Counted from the stretch's first letter, positions 1 to 9,977 are shown. The stretch is DNA of 64,000 bases from an uncultured bacterium (GCA_964445105.1 CAYUJS010000002.1:18123-82122); one strand, 5' to 3'. Numbers and translations are program-made. The notes: generated by a model not told the origin, from the letters alone.

Positions 1-1
1 A

Positions 2-1909
2 CCTGCAGTTAAGCGACAAGAAACCGGCGTTTTTGACTCTCGTGCACGCCAAGGTCTACGTGTAGGGGAAGAAGGCTCTTATCGCCGCCGACGCCATCAG
101 AAAGCGATAAAATTTGAAGCGCCAGTTACTAGGCCCACAAGCATCAAGACCCGTCTACCGATTACTGTGAAAGACCTGGCCGTTGAACTTAAACTCAAGG
201 CTTCGCAACTGATTGAAAAACTCTTTTTGCAAGGAGCTATCTTCACCATCAACGATCTGCTTGACGACCCAACCACAGTGCAGCTACTCGGTAATGAATT
301 TGGTTGCGAAATCACGATTGATACTGCAGAAGAAGAGCGCATCCGCATCACTGACAAAACGGTACATGAAGAGGTGCTAGCACTGGATCCTAGCGTACTG
401 ACCACGCGTCCACCGGTTGTAACGTTTATGGGTCACGTCGACCACGGCAAAACAAGCCTAATCGACGCAATACGCAAGACGAACACCGCTTCTGGCGAAG
501 CCGGCGCCATCACGCAGCACATCGGCGCTTTCCGCTGTCAGACCTCAGTCGGCGACCTTACTGTCATCGACACGCCTGGTCACGAAGCTTTCTCAGCGAT
601 GCGCGCTCGCGGTGCCGACGTGACAGATATCGTCGTGCTCGTGGTCGCCGGGGATGAGGGCATCCGCGCTCAAACCGTAGAAGCGATTAACCACGCAAAA
701 GCTGCTGGCGTCACTATCGTCGTCGCCATCAACAAATGCGACAAGCCGAATTTCGATGTAGAACTCGTCTACCGACAGCTTTCCGAACATGAGCTGCTAG
801 CCGAGGCTTGGGGTGGATCGACCATCACTGTAAATTGTTCTGCCGTTAGCGGTCAGGGGATCCAGCAACTACTCGAGATGCTTGCGCTACAAGCTGAAAT
901 ACTTGAACTGCGCGCAAACCCCGTCATGCGCGCTCGTGGGCGCGTCATTGAGTCCGAAATGCACAAAGGTCTTGGCGCTACAGCCACCCTTCTCGTGCAG
1001 AACGGCACGCTCAACCGCGGCGACGCTCTGGTATTTGACATCTATTGGGGCCGTGTCAAGACTATGCGGGATGAATTCGGCAAAGAGCTCGAAAGCGCTC
1101 CACCCTCTTGTCCGGTTGAAATCACCGGCCTATCGGGTCTACCCGAGGCGGGACAAGAGTTCATCGCTGTGGCCACAGAAAAAGCGGCTCGTGAAATTGC
1201 AGAAGTACGCGCACTGGAATTCCGCCAGAAGCGTCTCTCCACAGGTCGTATCCTCACAGCCGATAGCATGGTCGCTCAAGCAGCAGAACACGAGAAAAAA
1301 GTGCTCAACGTTATTCTACGTGCCGACGTGCAGGGCAGCTTAGAAGCGTTAAAAACCGCTTTACAAAGGATTCGCTCAGACAAAGCGACCCTCAATATCA
1401 TTCACGACGAAGTGGGCGAAATTTCCGAATCAGACGTACAACTTGCTGCTACTTCTAAAGCGGTCATCCTAGGCTTCCACACCCAAGTGGAAAGCCATGC
1501 AGACAACCTTATCAAAGAAGCGGGCATCCGCGTCCTTAACTTTGACATCATCTATCACGCTTTGGACGAGGTGAAAAAACTCATGCAAGCTCTTCTGGAC
1601 AAACTTCCGCAAGAGAACGAGAAAGGTAAAGCCGAAGTCAAAGCAGTCTTTAAATCCTCACAACTGGGCCTCATCGCAGGTTGCCAAGTCACTGAAGGAT
1701 CCATTTCGCGCAACCATCGCGCAAGAGTGGCCAGACGAGGTGAAATCATCTGGAGAGGCGCTATCGGCTCTTTGCGCCGTGTCAACGAAGATGTCCGCGA
1801 GGTCCAAAAGGGCATCGAGTGCGGAATTCTTCTCGACGGGTTTAAAGACACACAGGAAGGTGATATCATCGAGACCTATGAAATTGTCTACATCGAACAA
1901 CAACTGTAG
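2..1909 (+). CDS. infB: translation initiation factor IF-2 (5' end lies upstream of the window)
   Basis: The frame is open from nt 2 ([18 protein letters not shown]...). The track ORF only starts at an internal GTG (167). G-domain motifs [17 protein letters not shown] and NKCD are present, with the IF-2 C-terminal domain. The conserved infB-rbfA-truB order follows. Confidence 0.95.
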   Translation, partial: PAVKRQETGVFDSRARQGLRVGEEGSYRRRRHQKAIKFEAPVTRPTSIKTRLPITVKDLAVELKLKASQLIEKLFLQGAIFTINDLLDDPTTVQLLGNEFGCEITIDTAEEERIRITDKTVHEEVLALDPSVLTTRPPVVTFMGHVDHGKTSLIDAIRKTNTASGEAGAITQHIGAFRCQTSVGDLTVIDTPGHEAFSAMRARGADVTDIVVLVVAGDEGIRAQTVEAINHAKAAGVTIVVAINKCDKPNFDVELVYRQLSEHELLAEAWGGSTITVNCSAVSGQGIQQLLEMLALQAEILELRANPVMRARGRVIESEMHKGLGATATLLVQNGTLNRGDALVFDIYWGRVKTMRDEFGKELESAPPSCPVEITGLSGLPEAGQEFIAVATEKAAREIAEVRALEFRQKRLSTGRILTADSMVAQAAEHEKKVLNVILRADVQGSLEALKTALQRIRSDKATLNIIHDEVGEISESDVQLAATSKAVILGFHTQVESHADNLIKEAGIRVLNFDIIYHALDEVKKLMQALLDKLPQENEKGKAEVKAVFKSSQLGLIAGCQVTEGSISRNHRARVARRGEIIWRGAIGSLRRVNEDVREVQKGIECGILLDGFKDTQEGDIIETYEIVYIEQQL

Positions 1910-1926
1910 CAAAATGAGAGCCCTTT

Positions 1927-2322
1927 ATGTCTAAACAACGTACGCAGCGCTTGAATTCTCTGTTGCGTGAGGTTATTTCAGACGTGATCCGTTTGGAGCT
2001 GAAGAACCCTCGCGTCTCAGAGCTATTCACGGTAACGGCTGTGGATATCACCAAAGATCTTAGGCATGCAGAGGTCTATATCAGCGTGATAGGCAGCGAT
2101 ATTGATAAGCAAGAGACGATGCTTGCTTTGGACAAAAGCGCCGGGTTTATCGCCGGTACAGCCTCGAAAAAGGTGCGTATGCGCTATTTTCCTGCTCTGC
2201 GCTTTGTCCTTGATAATGGCGTCAACGAACAAATGCGCATCGAAGAACTTTTACAAAAGATTCATCATGAAGAGCAAGATCGACACCCCAAACCAGAGCG
2301 ATGCGAACCTGAAACCGAATAA
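1927..2322 (+). CDS. rbfA: ribosome-binding factor A
   Basis: 131 aa with an RbfA-like N-terminal region (RLNSLLREVISDVI ... VTAVDITKDLRHAEVYISV). It sits between infB and truB. Confidence 0.9.
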   Translation: MSKQRTQRLNSLLREVISDVIRLELKNPRVSELFTVTAVDITKDLRHAEVYISVIGSDIDKQETMLALDKSAGFIAGTASKKVRMRYFPALRFVLDNGVNEQMRIEELLQKIHHEEQDRHPKPERCEPETE

Positions 2323-3028
2323 ACCTAGCTGCGATGCTGCTTCAGGGATCCTATTTGTCGACAAAGCGGCTGGGCGCACTTCCTTCAGCCTAGTGAATCA
2401 GTTGCGGCATCGCTTAGGGGTTAAGACGATCGGTCACAGCGGCACGCTTGACCCCATGGCCACAGGTGTAATGATCTTGCTGATTGGGCGTCAATTTACG
2501 CGCCTCTCCGACCAGTTCCTTACTCAAGATAAAGAATATAGAGCCACTATCCGATTGGGCGTTGAAACAGAGACATACGACGGAGAAGGCGCGCCGACCG
2601 CTTACAGCGATCTTGTGCCCTCGGCGGAGACGCTGACTGAGGTACTGACGCACTTCCAAGGCAGCGTACAACAGATCCCCCCCATGTACTCAGCTAAAAA
2701 ACAGCAGGGCAAAAAGCTTTATGAGCTTGCGCGCAAGGGCATCACGGTGGAGCGACCACCCGTTACCGTCACCTTGCACACCTCTCTGCTGCGCTACGAG
2801 TACCCTGAATTAGAGCTAACCGTAGCGTGCTCCAAAGGCACCTACATCCGTACCATGGCTCACGATATTGGGCAGCAGCTGGGCTGCGGAGCCCACTTGT
2901 CGGCTTTAGCGCGCACACGCTCGGGCAAGATATCCATCGATGAGTGCATCCATTCTGATTTAATTCAGGACGCAGAGTTCAACCTCCACGAAACCATCCG
3001 CAGCCATACCCGTAAGCTAACTAGTTAA
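2267..3028 (+). CDS. truB: tRNA pseudouridine(55) synthase
   Basis: The track ORF opens at 2102, but TruB similarity starts after ATG 2267 (MKSKID...GILFVDKAAGRTSF). The catalytic-Asp motif HSGTLDPMATG is present. The gene overlaps the rbfA 3' end. Confidence 0.9.
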   Translation: MKSKIDTPNQSDANLKPNKPSCDAASGILFVDKAAGRTSFSLVNQLRHRLGVKTIGHSGTLDPMATGVMILLIGRQFTRLSDQFLTQDKEYRATIRLGVETETYDGEGAPTAYSDLVPSAETLTEVLTHFQGSVQQIPPMYSAKKQQGKKLYELARKGITVERPPVTVTLHTSLLRYEYPELELTVACSKGTYIRTMAHDIGQQLGCGAHLSALARTRSGKISIDECIHSDLIQDAEFNLHETIRSHTRKLTS

Positions 3029-4084
3029 AGCTGGTAAGTACTCCCAATCGAATCCAAACGCTGCGGGCCCCACAAGCTCCAAACCTTGCGGGGTCGTCCA
3101 GACGCTGGGAGCGGGTAAAGCAACTACCGATACCCTTAAGCCATATTGCAGCCGCTCGACAGCTACCGGCAGGCCTGTCTCGTGCTCAAAAGCGACAATA
3201 AGATCCGGCGTAGTGACCAAAGGTCGTGGCTGCCCTTCTTTAAAAACAGCTAAAAATTCATTTTGGAAATAGATAACGGTCTGGCTATCGCCGCCCGCCA
3301 CAATCGCACGACCATTTTGAAAGGAAGATTCAACCCAGTGCTCGACATCTATGATGTTTCCAGACGCGACAATACGGCCTCCACAGGCCTCCAAGACAGC
3401 TTCGACGGGATCTTGCTTTCTTTGCTGGGCGCTAAGGATGCTGTTACCCAACCGCAGAGCGTAAGAAAGCGTGCCCACCAGTACGACTTGTGCCGCCACT
3501 GGCTGAGGCATTGGGTGGCTACAAACAGCTGCGTCAGAGCCCATGGCCGTCGTAAGACCCCTGAGAAGGCGCTCCATCTCCTCACCGGAGACGGCACGAA
3601 CGATACCCACGGCATTGCTTGCTGTGTCAACCACAATTGCCGGACCTGGCTTTAGTTGATGCAGTTCAGGTGTACACATATTACAACAGGGGAAAGCCCG
3701 CCCCATCAGGTCCCCGTCTACTACAGGTAGCCCCAAAGCGGCTGCTGCGTAAACGGCCGGCAAGGCGTTCGATCCTCCGATTTCCGCCGGCAAGAGCCCG
3801 CCTACTTTACAAGGAATGACCTGTTCCAGATGTTTCACGATCAGAGAAAACTCATTCCCCGAATGCAATCTTTCGAGACAGACAAGAGGCGCGCCCATAA
3901 AAAACACCGGCAGTACCCAGGTGTCTGAGGGGATTTCTTCGATGGGAACTAAAGCCACTGGGCCATATTGCTGCAGCTCCTCGCGAGCCAACAGCAAATC
4001 ATACGCTGTGTCTCCACCACCGCCAGAACCAAGTACCGCAGCCCCTAAAGCAAGCGCTTCGAGATCATTTAATGTTATTTGCAT
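3017..4084 (-). CDS. DUF917-family protein, paralogue a (partner of a HyuA-like protein)
   Basis: 355 aa with the N-terminal glycine-rich motif LGAAVLGSGGGGD and an overall pattern I recognise as DUF917. Its ATG lies 3 nt after the stop of the upstream HyuA-like gene. It is a clear paralogue of 5632-6753. Confidence 0.75.
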   Translation of the reverse strand: MQITLNDLEALALGAAVLGSGGGGDTAYDLLLAREELQQYGPVALVPIEEIPSDTWVLPVFFMGAPLVCLERLHSGNEFSLIVKHLEQVIPCKVGGLLPAEIGGSNALPAVYAAAALGLPVVDGDLMGRAFPCCNMCTPELHQLKPGPAIVVDTASNAVGIVRAVSGEEMERLLRGLTTAMGSDAAVCSHPMPQPVAAQVVLVGTLSYALRLGNSILSAQQRKQDPVEAVLEACGGRIVASGNIIDVEHWVESSFQNGRAIVAGGDSQTVIYFQNEFLAVFKEGQPRPLVTTPDLIVAFEHETGLPVAVERLQYGLRVSVVALPAPSVWTTPQGLELVGPAAFGFDWEYLPALTS

Positions 4085-4087
4085 TTG

Positions 4088-5650
4088 CTACCAGCGCCTC
4101 CCCGACGCACCAACGACTAATTTTGTAAGATGGTTAGCAGAATAGGGAATAGGCAGCACCTCCACGTAGGTGATGCGCACACTACTGGGACTAGCACCTT
4201 GCTGGATCGCTTTATCAATAGCTTCCTGGCGCAATAAATCCAAGGCTTGCTGCCTTTCTGCCTGATTCACAACGCGGGTGCCAGTCGCACCAATCTCGGC
4301 CAGCGCAGCACCATACGCATTGGCTACCGAAGAAAAAGGCGCGAGCGAAAGACTCGTGGTGAACTCTTCCTGCAGCACGCGGCTCAATACTTCGGCGGCT
4401 CCGCCCACTAGTACGACGGAAGAGTCCTTCATCCCACGAGAAAGTTTTTGTATCTCCCAAGCTGCCTGGGTGCCTATGGAGCGCAGGATAGCACTCGCTT
4501 CAGATTGGCCAATTTTCACAAGCGAGGTTAGCCCTTCTGTGATCTCCATGTCGCCTAAGACGCACGCTAGATCGGTGAGTGTCAATTGTGGTCCACCAAA
4601 TACCTGCGAGAGTTCTGGCAAGCGCGAACCACAGCTAGCGGGACCGACCACCCAGTCCCCCTGCGATCCTTTATCAATATGTGTGCCCCCACCGATCGCT
4701 ATGGAACAGCTATCGGGCATGGCAAAGTTTAACGCCACACCCCCGACGGTAGTGGCTCGCAGCGAGCGGCGCACTAACCCATCTCGCACTACTCCTATAT
4801 CGGTGGAGGTACCTCCAACATCCACTACGATGGCGTTTTCAGTGGTAGCTAATTTTGAACCGCCTACGAAGGAGTTGGTGGGGCCGGCAGCGACAGTTTT
4901 TAGCGGATATCTCCCGGCCTCATCAACAGATAGCAGGGTACCGTCATTTTGGGTCATCCACACCTCTGCAGTCAACCCACAGGAATGCACCAACGAAGCG
5001 AGTCCCTTAAAGCTATGTCCAAGAAAGGGGATGAGCGCAGAGTTCAAAATAGCTGCTTTTTCCCGCTCCAATAAACCCATACCACCTATGGAAGAGGAGA
5101 GTGTATAAGGGAATTCGGGACCTAACAACTTTTCAATAAACTCGCCCACTGCCTGCTCTTGCTCTGGATAGATAGGGCTAAAAGACCCTACGATCGCCAG
5201 CGTTTGGGCGCCCATACTGAGTAGTTCATCCACCGCGCGCGCTGCTTCTCTGAGACTGAAGGGGCTCATCGGCCGACCGTCACATTCGAATCCTCCACCA
5301 ATGGCCCTACAGCTCACCACCACAGCTGCGCGCAAAGCTATGGGCCAATCGCAGGCGGATAAAGGTTTTGGCGATCGACACCCACACATGCGGATCACCC
5401 CGACTGTCGCCAGACGATTGCCCTCTAAAACAGCATTGGCTACTTGCGTAGTCCCAATGTGCACATGGTCAATCTCGGTAAATTCAGTGGGGTAGCGAGT
5501 GCGTAAAACGGCTAGACCCTGCGTAATTCCCATTTCGATGGGGGCCGTGGAATACGTTTTATAAGATCCGATCAATTTGCCGGATCCGTCCACGATAGCA
5601 AAGTCTGTGTTGGTGCCACCAACATCGATACCTAAACTGAGCTTCGACAT
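4088..5650 (-). CDS. hydantoinase/oxoprolinase-family protein (HyuA-like, ASKHA-fold ATPase), paralogue a
   Basis: Phosphate-binding motifs LGIDVGGTNTDFAIVD and VVDVGGTSTDIG are present. The start is taken at ATG 5650 (MSKLSLGIDVGG) rather than the track start 5731, by alignment with paralogue 8225-9778. Confidence 0.8.
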   Translation of the reverse strand: MSKLSLGIDVGGTNTDFAIVDGSGKLIGSYKTYSTAPIEMGITQGLAVLRTRYPTEFTEIDHVHIGTTQVANAVLEGNRLATVGVIRMCGCRSPKPLSACDWPIALRAAVVVSCRAIGGGFECDGRPMSPFSLREAARAVDELLSMGAQTLAIVGSFSPIYPEQEQAVGEFIEKLLGPEFPYTLSSSIGGMGLLEREKAAILNSALIPFLGHSFKGLASLVHSCGLTAEVWMTQNDGTLLSVDEAGRYPLKTVAAGPTNSFVGGSKLATTENAIVVDVGGTSTDIGVVRDGLVRRSLRATTVGGVALNFAMPDSCSIAIGGGTHIDKGSQGDWVVGPASCGSRLPELSQVFGGPQLTLTDLACVLGDMEITEGLTSLVKIGQSEASAILRSIGTQAAWEIQKLSRGMKDSSVVLVGGAAEVLSRVLQEEFTTSLSLAPFSSVANAYGAALAEIGATGTRVVNQAERQQALDLLRQEAIDKAIQQGASPSSVRITYVEVLPIPYSANHLTKLVVGASGRRW

Positions 5651-6753
5651 ACGCCCACCGCCTGTTGATAATCCCAAGAAAAACCGAAGGCCTTCGGACC
5701 AACGAGCTCTAAACCTTTCTCTGTCTTCCAAACGTCAGGCGCGGGCAAAGCGAGCACCTGAACCCTAAGGCCGTACCTTAAGCGCTCTACAGCGAGCGGC
5801 AGACCTGTTTCTGACTCAACTATGACAATGATATCTGGCGTACAAGCTAGCGGCAGGGAGCCGTCCTGCGGAATCACAGCCAAAAATTCATTTTGGAAGC
5901 ATACACTGAATTGCGTACCTTCTGCCACCACAACCGCCCGCCCATGCTGAAAAGCCGATTCGATCCAGTACTCCACGTCGCTGATATAGCCGGAGGCGAC
6001 CAAAGAACCGCCAAAAGTGGCTAAGACAGCTTCCGCTACATCTAGACCGCCTCCCAATGCCGTTTGCCAGCAGCGGCCTATCGCCAACGCGTGAGAAACT
6101 GAGCCGCGCAAGGCTGTTTTTTTGGCAACGGCCCCAGACATAGGGTGTGAGCAAACAGCCGCATCGGACCCCATCGCCGTCGTTAGAGTACGCAAAAGCC
6201 TTTCCATCTCGCTCGATGTTTCCGATTCCAAGATAACCGACGCGCCCGTGGCTGTAGCAACGATGACCCCAGGACCGGGTTTAAGACGATGTAAACCGCA
6301 GGTAGACATGTGACAAAAAGGGAAAGCCCGGCCCATGGTATCGCCATCGATCACTGGCAGCCCCAGCGCGCCAGCTGTATAGAACGGCGGCATGGCGTTA
6401 GACCCCCCTATTTCAGCGGACATCAGACCGACCACAGGAGCCCCGATTCTCTTCTGTAGTTCGTTCACAATAATGTGAAACTCCTCCCCAGAGTGAAGCT
6501 TCTCTAACAGTACCATAGGCGCGCCCATCCAGTAGATAGGCAGGATCCAGCCCTCATCAGGGATATCCTCCACGTCCATTAAACGCACGGGCCCATGCTG
6601 TCGCATATGCTCTTTTGCAACGAGCAGATCGTATCCCGGATCCCCACCGCCTCCGGAGCCTAGCACCTGGGCACCCAGAGCTAGTGTATCCATGTCATCT
6701 AGCGTAATCCAGACGTCTTTCACGATAAGCTCCAATAAATTCAAGACATGCAC
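5632..6753 (-). CDS. DUF917-family protein, paralogue b
   Basis: LGAQVLGSGGGGDPGYDLL aligns with paralogue a along its full length. The true start is uncertain: ATG 6753 overlaps the permease by 59 nt, and an in-frame GTG near 6714 fits the paralogue alignment better. The 3' end overlaps the HyuA-like start by 19 nt. Confidence 0.75.
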   Translation of the reverse strand: MHVLNLLELIVKDVWITLDDMDTLALGAQVLGSGGGGDPGYDLLVAKEHMRQHGPVRLMDVEDIPDEGWILPIYWMGAPMVLLEKLHSGEEFHIIVNELQKRIGAPVVGLMSAEIGGSNAMPPFYTAGALGLPVIDGDTMGRAFPFCHMSTCGLHRLKPGPGVIVATATGASVILESETSSEMERLLRTLTTAMGSDAAVCSHPMSGAVAKKTALRGSVSHALAIGRCWQTALGGGLDVAEAVLATFGGSLVASGYISDVEYWIESAFQHGRAVVVAEGTQFSVCFQNEFLAVIPQDGSLPLACTPDIIVIVESETGLPLAVERLRYGLRVQVLALPAPDVWKTEKGLELVGPKAFGFSWDYQQAVGVCRSSV

Positions 6754-7927
6754 GCGTTACCGCGTAAACCACCCAAGAAGCGATAAAAGCCTCTAGTACA
6801 GGTACACCGCCCCAGTTTGCCAAGCCAGCTAAATAGGAAGCCGCTAAAGCAATAGCGGCGCTAGCGGGAATATAAGCCCGTCGCAAGTTAGGCTTCCACG
6901 AAATCAAGACATATTCGCAGTAGATGATAGCTCCTACGCCAGCTACTAAAATTCCTAGGGTTGTCAGAACAGATTCAAGCCGATCCAGTAAGGGAATGCC
7001 GCACAACGCCGTCGCAAACAGCGCTGAGATCGCCCAGGCCTGCCTTTCAGTCAACTTGGGGAAGCAAACTCTAAGAGACGTTTGCGCACTGAAAAGGTTC
7101 ATGTGGTTGACCGCCCAGATCTGAAAAACTAGATAAAAACTTAGCAGGGCCATCCAAAAAGAGCCAGGTAGATTTGAGAAGGCAACGAGTAAGCTCGTGG
7201 CAGGATAGCACCAATAGCTCAGGGCGCCCACTGCTTCCACCAGCGAGAACACAACCAGAATAGTGATCCAGTTCGTCGTAACTGCATCCGTGCGCGTTTT
7301 AGAGAAACGCAGAAAAGTCGGCAAGTCGATGGTGTAGGCGATATTAAGCGCTAGAACCTGGGAAAGAGAAAATGCGCTCCAGCTCCAGTTGATGGCCTCC
7401 CCTGCTTGGGCCGACCCTTGCCAGCAGAGGCGTACCACAAGAACAGCCAATGCGGCGATAAGGATCGGCGTGGTTTTCTCTGCCCAACGCGCAATTCCTT
7501 CGATGCCCCAGTAGTTAGCCATCACCATGGCGACAGCTAAGCCAGCAGCGATAACCTGCACGCCCGGGCCCCATTGCCAGCCACCGAGTAGTAGAACCTG
7601 CTGGGCAACATACTGCAGCTGGATCGCAAACCAGCCTAGCGCGGTGGCAGCCATCACTAAACTAAACATCTGCTTCCCTAAAGTGCCCACAAGCCTTTCC
7701 GATTGCTGCGTGGTAGGAACGCGATGCTTCACGCTAATGCTGGCAGCCAAATGCCCCAAGCAAAAAAGCAAAAAATTACCTAATACAATAGCGATGAGTG
7801 CAGCTCCCACACCGTACGCTTGCGCCGCTTCATAAGCGACAGATAATATAGGCAAGCATAGCGCCGAGCCAACCTGAAGCCAAGTTAAGCGGCGCCATCC
7901 CATCAACTGAATTTGATCTGCATTCAT
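6695..7927 (-). CDS. NCS1-family (CodB-like nucleobase/hydantoin-type) permease
   Basis: 410 aa and about 12 hydrophobic segments. The segments AIVLGNFLLFCLGHLAASISVKHRVPT...ALGWFAIQ and DLPTFLRFSKTRTDAV align by eye with the equivalent E. coli CodB regions as I recall them. Confidence 0.7.
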   Translation of the reverse strand: MNADQIQLMGWRRLTWLQVGSALCLPILSVAYEAAQAYGVGAALIAIVLGNFLLFCLGHLAASISVKHRVPTTQQSERLVGTLGKQMFSLVMAATALGWFAIQLQYVAQQVLLLGGWQWGPGVQVIAAGLAVAMVMANYWGIEGIARWAEKTTPILIAALAVLVVRLCWQGSAQAGEAINWSWSAFSLSQVLALNIAYTIDLPTFLRFSKTRTDAVTTNWITILVVFSLVEAVGALSYWCYPATSLLVAFSNLPGSFWMALLSFYLVFQIWAVNHMNLFSAQTSLRVCFPKLTERQAWAISALFATALCGIPLLDRLESVLTTLGILVAGVGAIIYCEYVLISWKPNLRRAYIPASAAIALAASYLAGLANWGGVPVLEAFIASWVVYAVTRACLEFIGAYRERRLDYAR

Positions 7928-8001
7928 TCTTGCTCCTTATCGGTTTGGAAGGACGGTATCGTACTTCCATAAGGTTTTTTTAAAGAAGGGCGAACTAAGT
8001 T

Positions 8002-8145
8002 CAGCAGCTCCTGCTAAAAAAAGGCTGACTCCGGGACGGCCATCAGCCTCATTTTGTTCCTCACCCGTAGTCGAGATTACGAATTTGTTGCAAACTAAGC
8101 CTGCTTTCAGTCCTCGCTGAGCCCATTTCTTTTTTTAGCGGGAAT
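8002..8145 (+). repeat. MITE/REP-like element, copy A
   Basis: The left end is CAGCAGCTCCTGCTAAAAAAAGG and the right end is CTTTTTTTAGCGGGAA. The core blocks AGCCTCATTTTGTTCCTCACCCGTAG, CGAATTT and CTAAGCCTGCTTTCAG are shared with the other copies. Confidence 0.75.
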
Positions 8146-8224
8146 AAGTTTAGCCAAAAAATGGCAATCAATCGCACAGTCCAAGCATAAAGCGCCCCGC
8201 CGGCAGCACGCGATCTTTTCCAAA

Positions 8225-9778
8225 TTACATCCACATTCTACCTCCAGAAGCACCTACAACCAATTTTGTTAAGTGATCTGCACTGTAAGGAATGGGGAGC
8301 ACCTCAATGCGCGTGACTCTAGTCTTATGCGGACACGCCCCCTGCTTGATCGCGCCAGCAACCGCCTCCTCTTGCATAGCTTGGAGCGCTACCTGCTTAT
8401 CAGCTAACTTAACCACGCGCACAGAAATAGCTCCTATTTCTGCTAAGGCAGCCCCGTAGGCGTTAGCTACAGCAGCAAAAGGGGCCGTGATGAGCTCTCG
8501 ATTGAACCGTTTCCGCATCACCTCATGCAGGATTGCTGTGCCGCCGCCCACCAAAATAACCGCACAATCTTTGCGGCCCCGAGCGAGTTTTTCGATTTCA
8601 TAAATGACTTTATCAGCGAGCGCCTGCAAGATCCTTTCCGCGTTTGCGCGGGAGGCAGTAACTCGGTCGACGCGCGCGCCAGATATATCTAACAGCCCTA
8701 GCAAACAGGCTAAGTCTGTCAATGTTTGCTGCTGACCCCCAAAAATTTGGGCGCTTTCTTTGAAACGATAGCCACAGCTCGCGCGGCCTACGGCGCCGTC
8801 CTCAACGATTGTGCCACCGCCAATAGCCAAAGAGCAGAGGTCGGGCATAGAAAAATTCAGCGCAATGCCGCCCAGGGTGGCCGCATGTAGCGATCTTCTT
8901 ACGAACCCTCCCTCCACTAAACCGATATCGGTAGATGTACCCCCCACATCGACCACCACCGCTTGCGAAGTAGTGGCAAGCTTGGATCCGCCAATGAAAG
9001 AATTTGTGGGCCCCGCTGCGACAGTTTTAAGGGGTAAGATACCTGCTTCTGCCACAGAAAGCAGCGTGCCGTCATTCTGGGTCATCCAAACCTCTGCTTG
9101 AATTCCGCATGCTTGGACGAGCGAGGCCAGGTTTTTGAAACTTTCCCCCAAAAGCGGGATGAGAGCAGAATTTAGGATCGCCGCATTTTCTCGCTCGAGC
9201 AGCCCCAGGCTGCCAATTGCATGGGACAATGTATAGGGAAAGCGAGGACCTAGTAGCTTCTCGATACGAGCTCCCACTTCAAGCTCCTGCGACGGGTAAA
9301 GAGGACTAAAAGAACCCACCACAGCCAAAGCCTGAGCTCCTTGGCATAAAAGTGCCTTAATGGCCTCTTCGGTCTCATTAATTGAGAAAAGGCTCATGGG
9401 CCTACCATCGCACTCGAAGCCACCCCCAATAGCGCAAAAACCGTTCACTACTGCCGCGCGTATCGGAGCAGGCCAATTACTTGTCGGAAGCGGCTTCGGG
9501 GCGCGACAGCCACATAGACGAATGATGCCCACGCGCGCTAACCTCGTGCCCTCTAGTACCGCGTTGGTGGCCTGAGTAGTGCCTATATTTACATGTTGGA
9601 TCAGGCAATACTCATTGGGGTACTTTTCCTTGAGCTGTGCTAATCCCCTTGCCAGACCCTCTTCGATTGGCTGTGAGGTGGGCGTTTTTATGTAACCCAG
9701 AAGCATACCATGACAATCGACGATGGCAAAGTCGGTGTTTGTCCCTCCAACATCAATGCCTAAAGTAAGCGTTTTCAC
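8225..9778 (-). CDS. hydantoinase/oxoprolinase-family protein (HyuA-like), paralogue b
   Basis: 517 aa, MKTLTLGIDVGGTNTDFAIVD ... VVDVGGTSTDIG. It is collinear with 4088-5650, and more than half of positions are identical by eye. Confidence 0.8.
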   Translation of the reverse strand: MKTLTLGIDVGGTNTDFAIVDCHGMLLGYIKTPTSQPIEEGLARGLAQLKEKYPNEYCLIQHVNIGTTQATNAVLEGTRLARVGIIRLCGCRAPKPLPTSNWPAPIRAAVVNGFCAIGGGFECDGRPMSLFSINETEEAIKALLCQGAQALAVVGSFSPLYPSQELEVGARIEKLLGPRFPYTLSHAIGSLGLLERENAAILNSALIPLLGESFKNLASLVQACGIQAEVWMTQNDGTLLSVAEAGILPLKTVAAGPTNSFIGGSKLATTSQAVVVDVGGTSTDIGLVEGGFVRRSLHAATLGGIALNFSMPDLCSLAIGGGTIVEDGAVGRASCGYRFKESAQIFGGQQQTLTDLACLLGLLDISGARVDRVTASRANAERILQALADKVIYEIEKLARGRKDCAVILVGGGTAILHEVMRKRFNRELITAPFAAVANAYGAALAEIGAISVRVVKLADKQVALQAMQEEAVAGAIKQGACPHKTRVTRIEVLPIPYSADHLTKLVVGASGGRMWM

Positions 9779-9866
9779 GGATTTGCCTCGTGTTTCCAGA
9801 TTTGTGCGCCCTCGGATTGGTACACCCTTGAGTTGGTCGATTGTAAGCCTTTAGCCGTTTTTCATA

Positions 9867-9977
9867 CAGCAGTTCCCGCTAAAAAAAGATGAATTCACAA
9901 CCTCGTCTAAACATGAAAGAGCAAAACGAGGCTGAGAGCCGTCTTTGAGCCAGCCGGCTTCGTTTTTTTTAGCGGAG
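9867..9977 (-). repeat. MITE/REP-like element, copy B (core inverted relative to copy A)
   Basis: The ends are CAGCAGTTCCCGCTAAAAAAAG ... CGTTTTTTTTAGCGGAG. The reverse complement contains CAGCCTCGTTTTGCTC and GTGAATTCA core blocks. Confidence 0.7.

Noticed and set aside
97-1934. Numerous 60-150 aa ORFs overlapping infB on either strand (97-405, 593-790, 853-1041, 882-1343, 1042-1269, 1555-1869, 1658-1912, 1740-1934).
   Set aside because: All lie inside or antisense to a strongly supported IF-2 frame. Their translations are low-complexity (Ser/Arg/Ala-rich) shadow frames with no recognisable motifs.
2102-2266. Longer upstream starts offered by the ORF track: truB 2102, HyuA-like 5731, murG 40850, mraY 48139, uvrA 30774, 17024, 28807, 24258, 25381.
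   Set aside because: Family or paralogue alignment begins at the internal ATG in each case. The upstream extensions overlap the preceding gene or encode implausible leaders. The internal starts restore typical ATGA/TAA-ATG junctions or signal peptides.
4215-9575. Plus-strand ORFs inside the HyuA-like/DUF917/permease genes (for example 4278-5108 at 276 aa, 8811-9101, 9360-9575, 3263-3655, 7527-7835).
   Set aside because: They are antisense to genes with clear family motifs and paralogue support. Their Pro/Ser/Thr-rich mirror-image composition is typical of antisense frames in GC-balanced DNA.
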